Source: Pseudoalteromonas translucida KMM 520 (GTDB taxonomy: Bacteria > Pseudomonadota > Gammaproteobacteria > Enterobacterales > Alteromonadaceae). From it: 32,000 nucleotides of DNA. How positions within the stretch are numbered: the stretch's first letter is position 1; each line of letters begins with the position of its first letter. The stretch is from the NCBI RefSeq assembly GCF_001465295.1, contig NZ_CP011034.1:1260001-1292000 (forward strand), written 5' to 3'. The notes below the pieces were generated by a model. That model ran no database searches and had not been told where the DNA came from. It saw nothing but the letters and a program-made list of their open reading frames with translations. Positions 26,237 through 32,000 of this stretch are shown in pieces. Both the position numbers and the translations under genes were made by a program.

Positions 26237-26440
26237 ATGTCGGTTACTGGTAAAGTAAAGTTTTTCAACGAAGCTAAAGGCTTTGGTTTCATTGAACAAG
26301 AAAATGGTCCTGACGTGTTTGTACATTTCAGCGCAATCACTGGTTCTGGTTTTCGCACTCTTAGCGAAGGTCAAGCAGTGACATTCAGCATCAAGCAAGG
26401 TCAAAAAGGCCCTGAAGCTGAGAACGTAGAAGCAGCATAA
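26237..26440 (+). CDS. Cold-shock protein, CspA family
   Basis: 67 aa. [15 protein letters not shown] (RNP1) and DVFVHFSAI (RNP2) are canonical cold-shock-domain motifs. Confidence 0.95.
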   Translation: MSVTGKVKFFNEAKGFGFIEQENGPDVFVHFSAITGSGFRTLSEGQAVTFSIKQGQKGPEAENVEAA

Positions 26441-26467
26441 TTTATTATGTGAACCTTCGTTCAACGT

Positions 26468-26506
26468 GGTGAAACAGGCTACTGTTTCACCATAATTTTC
26501 TTTTTA
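26468..26506 (+). terminator. Rho-independent terminator of csp
   Basis: GGTGAAACAG (26468-26477), loop GCTA, CTGTTTCACC (26482-26491), then T-rich ATAATTTTCTTTTT. Confidence 0.7.
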
Positions 26507-27757
26507 AATAATCTACACTCCCGCAAATAAAATCAAAATAATTACCTCCAAATATTTTAATTATCACTTACCAATTTAAACACTCTGCAGTCATATATTA
26601 TTTTAATAATTCGTATTTTTAAAAACACCATTACTCAATAAATAAAATCACCCTTTTTGTATTTGCTATTTGTCGTTTAAAAAACCACAAACATAGCTAA
26701 TCATGGGGTATAAAGTTTAATACTAATACCAACCCAATTAAAAATATGATAATTCTAGCTTATTAAATAGCTTACGCGCTGTGTTGAAAGTAACTTATTA
26801 TATAGGGCAGCTTTTAATTTAAATCCCCTTGCTATTTAACTCCCACTGAATTTAAACCAGCTTTAATAAGTTTGCTACAAGATCATTAAGGTTATTAAAA
26901 GTAACTTGTGGGCGCATGTAAGTTGCGTATGTAATTGCTGCGAGCGTACAAAAGCTCAGCAATAGGGTATTACAAATTACCAGCCTCACAGTTTAAGGGG
27001 GAAGCACTCCTTAGCTTTAATGTCGTGTTAATCAATCCACATCATTTTAAATTAATAAAAAATGATCCGGCTATTGAATTAAATTGTCACTAGCTGCGTT
27101 AAAAGTAATTTTTAGCCACTACACGAGCGTACTAAGTGAAGGTGATGGCAAAGTAATAATTCAGAACAACGAAATATAAAGCCTTCGTTAAGAACAAGGA
27201 GCTTGCTCGTCATTAAAACAACTCTTTTAATTAAGCATATTAATATTATTGCCCTAGGGGCAGTAGTAATTATCAACTACTCTGAAATAAGCCTACAGAT
27301 ACATTTTTAATAGCAAACATTAAAGATAAACATTGTGCTAATAGGGCGGTAATGATTTATATTATTTTTGCATTTTAAAAAATGGATGGAACATATTTAT
27401 TGTTTTAATTCTACCTTTATGATTAGTTTTTTATTATATAGTACACAATAATTATTATGGAGTGGGTTGCAGATTATTTATGATACAAATGTATTTCGTG
27501 TATAAAACGCTCAAAAATTGTTAAAGATAAAATAATAGAAGGTTATTTATATTTTTTTTTTAGTCTCTAAATAGTTAATACTAAATGTTATAATAATGTT
27601 TATTTTTAAGTTGTTAATTATGAATGTTGTTATTACAAAAGGGTTTCATGAAAGTATTTGCGGTAAAGTGGTTGCAATAATGTTAATATTGTCGGGTTGG
27701 TATATTAAATAACTTGTTCATATGCATATTTATTTATAGGTAATGCTAAACATCAAG

Positions 27758-27786
27758 TTGACATGACTTACTGCATTTAGCATTAT
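27758..27786 (+). promoter_or_regulatory. Candidate sigma-70 promoter for the TonB2-type operon
   Basis: Perfect -35 TTGACA (27758-27763), a 17-nt spacer, and CATTAT (27781-27786, 4/6 to TATAAT). This would give a ~90-nt leader containing the hairpin TGATATC/GATATCA (27795-27816). Prediction only. Confidence 0.3.
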
Positions 27787-27884
27787 TGAAAGGTTGATAT
27801 CTATTAAAAGATATCAGGGTTGTCTTCCTCTTGTAGGTTGATAATTAAATTATAAAAGTAACATTACTTAATTGGTTGGGAACT

Positions 27885-28655
27885 ATGTCTGTTAAAATCA
27901 GAAAGAGTCTTGTAGCAACTGCGTTGGTTGGCGCATTTGCATTTGCAAGCAGCAATGTGATTGCAGATCCTTTGAATGACGTGCAACAAGCAGGTCAGCA
28001 AATTCAAAAGGCTGCAGTTAAGTCTCAAACTAAAATTGACAATGTATATGGTCAAACTCAAGAGCTAATAGCTGAGTACCGTAGCATCGTTGATGAGACT
28101 GAACTTATGAAAGTGTACAACGATCACGTAGCACGTTTGGTTGATGACCAAAACGCGTCTATTGAATCGTTTGACCGTCAAATAGCAACTATTGATAACA
28201 CTAAACAAAACGTTGTGCCTCTGATGTATCGCATGATCGATACGCTTGAGCAATTCATCAAAGCGGACGTTCCATTTAATCTTGAAACGCGTTTAGGTCG
28301 TGTTGAAAGATTACGTGAAATCATGTCTTCTTCTTCTGTAACAACGTCTGAGAAATTCCGTCAAGTACTTGAAGCTTACACAGTAGAAACATCATACAGC
28401 TCAGCTGTAAATGCTTCACAAGGTACACTTGATGTTGATGGCCGTAGCATTAACGTTGATATCGGTCGTTTAGGTCGTATTACTTATGTTGCACAGTCTT
28501 TTGACTTGAAACATGCTTGGGTTTGGGATAACAACACTAAACAGTGGAAAGAATTAGGTGAAGAATACCTAAAATCTGTTAAAGAAGTGATCCGTATGGC
28601 ACGTAAGCAAGCGACACTAGAACTTGTTAAACTACCAATTTTTGGCGCGGAGTAA
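27885..28655 (+). CDS. DUF3450 family periplasmic coiled-coil protein (TtpB-like, first gene of TonB2-type clusters)
   Basis: Signal peptide MSVKIRKSLVATALVGAFAFASSNVIA, then a long coiled-coil-like region. It sits directly upstream of the long ExbB paralog. ATG 27885 is preferred over TTG 27876. Confidence 0.8.
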   Translation: MSVKIRKSLVATALVGAFAFASSNVIADPLNDVQQAGQQIQKAAVKSQTKIDNVYGQTQELIAEYRSIVDETELMKVYNDHVARLVDDQNASIESFDRQIATIDNTKQNVVPLMYRMIDTLEQFIKADVPFNLETRLGRVERLREIMSSSSVTTSEKFRQVLEAYTVETSYSSAVNASQGTLDVDGRSINVDIGRLGRITYVAQSFDLKHAWVWDNNTKQWKELGEEYLKSVKEVIRMARKQATLELVKLPIFGAE

Positions 28656-28661
28656 TCAATA

Positions 28662-30026
28662 ATGAAGAAACTATTTAAAGGTTTTGCTGTTGCAGCAGTA
28701 CTAACTGTTTCTGCAGGTACCGCGCTTAATGCACACGCAAATACGAATGCATTAGATAAAATTCTTGAGCAAGTAAAGCAAGAGCGTATCTCTGAAGGTA
28801 AAATCAATAAGCAACGTGAGCAAGAGTTCTTATCAGAACGTGCTGACAAGCAATCATTACTTAATAAAGCGAAAAGCCAATTAGTTGCTGAAAAGTCACG
28901 TGGCGATCGTTTAACTAAAGAATATGCACAAAACGAGAACACACTAGCTGAGAAAGAGCAAGCACTACAAAACGCTCAAGGTACACTTGGTGAAATGTTT
29001 GGTGTTGTACGTCGTGCAGCTCAAGATGCTATCGGTTCTATCGAAGCGTCACTAGTAAGTGCTGAAAAGCCAGGTCGTGCTGAAGTATTACGTTCATTAG
29101 CAGCGGCTAAAGAGCTTCCTACAGTTCGTGAGTTAGAAGAGCTTTGGATTTCACTTCAAACTGAAATGACTGAGTCTGCTAAAGTTTCTACTTTTGAAAC
29201 TGAAGTTGCTGGTCTTGACGGTAACCCGTCAATGAAGAAAGTAACACGTATTGGTAACTTTAACTTAGTTACAGACGACGGTTACTTAATTTATTCACCA
29301 GAAACAAAGTCGATTCAACCACTTGGTAAGCAGCCTGATAGCTACATTTTAGACGGTATTGCAGACCTTGAAAAAACATCATCTGACAACTATGCTGGTG
29401 TATATGTGGATCCAACACGTGGCGCGATTTTGCGTATTAACACTCAAAAAGCAACACTTATGGAATACTTCCATCAAGGTGGCGTAGTAGGTTACATAAT
29501 TACTGCGTTGTTAGCTTTAGGTATGTTAATTACTCTAATTCGTTTTGTTGACCTTACGCTTACTACAAGCAAAATTAAGAGCCAACTTAAAAATGTTGCT
29601 ACACCGAATACAAATAACCCATTGGGTCGTATTCTTAAAGTGTACCATGACAACAAGAATCAAGATGTTGAAAACCTTGAGCTTAAACTTGATGAAGCGA
29701 TTCTTCGTGAAACGCCACGCATCGAAGCTGGTATCAACATTATTAAGATCCTTGCTGCCATCGCACCATTACTTGGTCTACTAGGTACAGTAATCGGTAT
29801 GATATTAACGTTCCAAACAATCACATTGTTCGGTACGGGCGATCCGAAGATCATGGCTGGTAATATCTCTCTAGCACTTGTAACTACAGCGCTAGGTCTA
29901 ATTGCTGCACTACCACTAATTCTACTTCACGCACTTGTAGCTGGTCGTAGTAAGTCGGTATTACACATCCTAGATGAGCAAAGCGCAGGTATCGTTGCGA
30001 CTCACGCGGAGAAGGAGAAAGCCTAA
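28662..30026 (+). CDS. Long MotA/TolQ/ExbB family proton-channel protein (TtpC-like)
   Basis: 454 aa with a signal/anchor, a ~250-aa periplasmic coiled-coil region, and a C-terminal 3-TM MotA_ExbB domain (IAPLLGLLGTVIGMILTF, ALVTTALGLIAALPL). Confidence 0.88.
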   Translation: MKKLFKGFAVAAVLTVSAGTALNAHANTNALDKILEQVKQERISEGKINKQREQEFLSERADKQSLLNKAKSQLVAEKSRGDRLTKEYAQNENTLAEKEQALQNAQGTLGEMFGVVRRAAQDAIGSIEASLVSAEKPGRAEVLRSLAAAKELPTVRELEELWISLQTEMTESAKVSTFETEVAGLDGNPSMKKVTRIGNFNLVTDDGYLIYSPETKSIQPLGKQPDSYILDGIADLEKTSSDNYAGVYVDPTRGAILRINTQKATLMEYFHQGGVVGYIITALLALGMLITLIRFVDLTLTTSKIKSQLKNVATPNTNNPLGRILKVYHDNKNQDVENLELKLDEAILRETPRIEAGINIIKILAAIAPLLGLLGTVIGMILTFQTITLFGTGDPKIMAGNISLALVTTALGLIAALPLILLHALVAGRSKSVLHILDEQSAGIVATHAEKEKA

Positions 30027-30550
30027 TGCTAGTCCTGATGGAGATATGGGAATCTATCAGGGATTTTGTTGGCACAGGCGGCCAGGTATTATACGTGGTC
30101 GCGATAGCACTCTTTCTGATGTGGGTTTTAATGATTGAGCGCTATTGGTTCTTACTTGCAGAGTTTCCGCGTTTATCGCAAGAAATTATTGCAAAGTGGG
30201 ATGCCCGCCAAGACACTACGTCTTGGTACGCACACAGAATCCGTGAAGCATGGATTTCTGAAGCGTCTGAAAAATTAGATCAGCGTATGTTGTTGATTAA
30301 AACATTAGTAGCTGTTTGTCCTTTAATAGGTTTGTTAGGTACTGTTACTGGTATGATTTCGGTTTTCGAAACCATGGCTAGTCAAGGTACTGGTAATGCA
30401 CGATTAATGGCATCAGGTATTTCAATGGCAACAATCCCAACAATGGCTGGAATGGTTGCGGCACTATCTGGAGTGTTTTTTAGCTCACGTCTTGAGACAA
30501 AAGCTAAAATGGTGAAAGCCAAACTTGTAGATAACATGCCTCATCACTAG
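30026..30550 (+). CDS. exbB: ExbB (MotA/TolQ/ExbB proton channel, short form)
   Basis: 174 aa with the CPLIGLLGTVTGMISVF and ATIPTMAGMVAAL motifs. Its start overlaps the upstream stop (TAATG), which suggests translational coupling. Confidence 0.9.
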   Translation: MLVLMEIWESIRDFVGTGGQVLYVVAIALFLMWVLMIERYWFLLAEFPRLSQEIIAKWDARQDTTSWYAHRIREAWISEASEKLDQRMLLIKTLVAVCPLIGLLGTVTGMISVFETMASQGTGNARLMASGISMATIPTMAGMVAALSGVFFSSRLETKAKMVKAKLVDNMPHH

Positions 30551-30564
30551 AGAGAGAATTAAAT

Positions 30565-30969
30565 ATGGCACGTAAACAACGTTTTCGTGAAGAAGAAGAA
30601 GCAGCGGTCGATATGACGCCGATGCTTGACATCGTATTTATCATGCTTATTTTCTTTATCGTAACTACATCGTTCGTTAAAGAGGCTGGTATCGAGGTCA
30701 ATAAACCAAAAGCTGCCCAAGCTACTAAGCAAAAAAATGCTAACATTTTTATTGCTATACGTAGTAACGGCGAAATCTGGGTTGATAAACAACAAATTGA
30801 TGTTGAACGTATTTCAGCAAAAATTGAAAGTTTATTAGCAGAACAACCTACCGAAGTTGTGATTATACAAGCTGATAAAGAAGCTAAGCACGGCACGGTA
30901 GTTAAAGTGATGGACCAGATTAAAGCGACGGGTGATAACCTAAGAATTTCAATCGCTGGAGATCAGTAA
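30565..30969 (+). CDS. exbD: ExbD/TolR family biopolymer transport protein
   Basis: 134 aa with the typical DMTPMLDIVFIMLIFFIV N-terminal TM segment and a periplasmic domain (VIIQADKEAKHGTVVKVMD). Confidence 0.92.
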   Translation: MARKQRFREEEEAAVDMTPMLDIVFIMLIFFIVTTSFVKEAGIEVNKPKAAQATKQKNANIFIAIRSNGEIWVDKQQIDVERISAKIESLLAEQPTEVVIIQADKEAKHGTVVKVMDQIKATGDNLRISIAGDQ

Positions 30970-31586
30970 TGATTCGTTTTCTGTTTTCACTGATTGCAGG
31001 TGGGGCAGTTACTTTCGGCTTGTTCTACTTCATGGCATTCCTCATCTCTGGTGGGGCTGACCGTAATACTGAACAAAAAGAGCAGATCATAGTCGAAATA
31101 ATGACGAATCCGCCTGAATCTAAGGTGCAGGAAAGAAGGCGTGTACCGCCTCCTCCTCCTCCACCGCCAAAGCAGCCGCCTAAACCGCAGCCGCCACAGC
31201 CGGAAAATAACAACCCTAATCCTGGTGGATTGTCATTTAATATGCCAAGCATCGATGTGGGAAGTACGGCAGGTGGACTAAGTGGTCCGGGTGCATTTGG
31301 ACGAGATGGTGATGCGACACCTATCGTTCGTATTGAACCAAAATATCCAACGCAAGCAGCACGTGATGGTAGAGAAGGTTGGGTTCAACTTTCGTTCACT
31401 ATCGATGAGTTAGGTGGCGTGGTTGACGTTGATGTAATTGACGCTGACCCAAAACGTGTCTTTGACCGTGAAGCTAAACGTGCATTGCGCAAGTGGAAAT
31501 ACCGTCCTAAAATTATTGACGGTAAACCACAAAGACAAGTTGGTTTACAAGTTCAATTAGACTTTAAACTTAACCAAGGCAACTAA
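30969..31586 (+). CDS. tonB: TonB energy transducer
   Basis: 205 aa with an N-terminal TM helix, a Pro-rich spacer (PPPPPPPPKQPPKPQPPQP) and a C-terminal TonB domain (P.YP..A...G.EGWV.L.F.I...G.V.DV.V). Its start overlaps the exbD stop (TAATG). Confidence 0.92.
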   Translation: MIRFLFSLIAGGAVTFGLFYFMAFLISGGADRNTEQKEQIIVEIMTNPPESKVQERRRVPPPPPPPPKQPPKPQPPQPENNNPNPGGLSFNMPSIDVGSTAGGLSGPGAFGRDGDATPIVRIEPKYPTQAARDGREGWVQLSFTIDELGGVVDVDVIDADPKRVFDREAKRALRKWKYRPKIIDGKPQRQVGLQVQLDFKLNQGN

Positions 31587-31597
31587 GGAGGCGAGTA

Positions 31598-32000
31598 ATG
31601 AGAAATTTATCTAAAGTAACTGCTCTTGCAATTCTTATGTCTGTGTCGGGTGCAGCTTTGACTGCACCTGTTTTAGCGGCGCCAAATTACGCAAAAATTG
31701 AAGAGCGTAAAAAAGCAAAAACTAAAATCATGGGCGAGCGTACTGGTAAAAAGGTAATTAAAGCGTTTGACTTGTATAATGAAGATGATGTTGATGGTGC
31801 ACTTGCTTTGCTTAAAGAGTTAGATCCGTCTAACGATTTTGATAAAGCAACTGTAAATCGTTACTTAGGTAGTATGTATGCTCAAAAAGAGCAATACAAA
31901 ACAGCCATTAAGTATATGAAAGCAGCTATTGCACCAGATGTATTAAACTTTGCCGATCAAGCACAAGGTTTAAAAACCTTAGGTGACATGTATGCAGGTA
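31598..32000 (+). CDS. TPR-repeat protein with signal peptide (TtpD-like), 5' part only, runs off the window
   Basis: Not in the ORF track because it is truncated. ATG 31598 follows GGAGG (31586-31590). It reads MRNLSKVTALAILMSVSGAALTAPVLAAPNYAKIEERKK...ATVNRYLGSMYAQKEQYKTAIKYMKAAI, which is TPR-like. Confidence 0.7.
   Translation, partial: MRNLSKVTALAILMSVSGAALTAPVLAAPNYAKIEERKKAKTKIMGERTGKKVIKAFDLYNEDDVDGALALLKELDPSNDFDKATVNRYLGSMYAQKEQYKTAIKYMKAAIAPDVLNFADQAQGLKTLGDMYAG

Noticed and set aside
26129-26464. 111-aa minus-strand ORF
   Set aside because: It lies directly antisense to the canonical cold-shock protein gene and its 5' UTR, so it is a shadow ORF.
27019-27027. RyhB-like sRNA on the minus strand (CACGACATT matches 9 nt of the RyhB core)
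   Set aside because: The match does not extend: ...CACGACAUUAAAGCUAAGGAG versus CACGACAUUGCUCACAUUGCUUCC. There is no adjacent Fur box and no U-tract terminator on that strand. It may be chance.
27674-27693. Fur box upstream of the TonB2-type operon
   Set aside because: The match is only roughly 14/19 to GATAATGATAATCATTATC and needs a 1-nt gap. It lies about 85 nt upstream of the best promoter candidate rather than overlapping it.
27620-27712. 30-aa hydrophobic sORF (MNVVITKGFHESICGKVVAIMLILSGWYIK), plus a second 34-37-aa sORF at about 27203-27316 behind AAGGAG
   Set aside because: The first has no Shine-Dalgarno sequence. In the second the only canonical-type start (TTG) is 1 nt from the SD, and the well-spaced alternative is ATT. 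Hydrophobic sORFs are expected by chance in T-rich DNA. They are worth a Ribo-seq look but not callable.
26507-27884. Idea that the AT-rich spacer is a replication origin or a degenerate CRISPR/tandem-repeat array
   Set aside because: There is only one DnaA-box-like 9-mer (CAATCCACA near 27033-27041, 7/9). There is no cluster of boxes or AT-rich 13-mers next to them, and no regularly spaced direct repeats. The recurring motifs are irregularly spaced.
28484-28942. 152-aa minus-strand ORF bridging the DUF3450 and TtpC-like genes
   Set aside because: It is antisense to two tightly spaced, well supported operon genes and is Ser/Cys-rich with no motif.
31025-31252. 75-aa minus-strand ORF with a poly-Gly run
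   Set aside because: It is the antisense image of the Pro-rich (CCN) spacer of tonB.

Overview
Chromosomal window from an AT-rich (about 40% G+C by eye) gammaproteobacterium. Gene content and synteny look Alteromonadales/Pseudoalteromonas-like, which is inference only. Most of it is ordinary housekeeping DNA. On the minus strand sits a pabB-nudL-sdaA block, the same trio that is adjacent in E. coli. It is followed by class I fumarate hydratase, leucine dehydrogenase, a type-A chloramphenicol-acetyltransferase-like gene, a periplasmic beta-propeller/Y_Y_Y sensor diguanylate cyclase, an MtfA-like M90 peptidase and a 1060-aa TolB-propeller/amidohydrolase. Next come a small Lys/Ala-rich orphan, Nif3/YbgI, YnfA, an MFS transporter, a low-GC membrane orphan, ElyC/YdcF, MetR, a GAF-GGDEF-EAL protein, PyrC and a CspA-family protein. 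The window ends with a Vibrio-TonB2-type cluster (DUF3450, long TtpC-like ExbB paralog, ExbB, ExbD, TonB, TPR protein truncated at the window end). I found no rRNA, tRNA, CRISPR array, intact IS/transposase, prophage or recognisable defence, toxin or secretion island. I cannot honestly point to a clear multi-gene novel system. Five things the gene list does not explain are worth a second look. (1) A ~200-bp repeat bounded by terminal inverted repeats is present twice (5345-5547 and 18699-18900). Its core is a ~100-nt nested hairpin with one compensatory base-pair change between copies, and copy 2 supplies the last 7 codons and the stop of the MFS gene. (2) A 1.44-kb AT-rich spacer without ORFs lies between csp and the TonB2 cluster and carries several recurring short motifs. 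(3) A ~350-bp internally deleted, frameshifted metE remnant sits next to an intact metR. (4) A decayed VOC/glyoxalase pseudogene lies between ynfA and the MFS gene. (5) A structured 360-bp spacer precedes a TTG-initiated ynfA. All calls come from reading the sequence and remembered family signatures; no searches were run.
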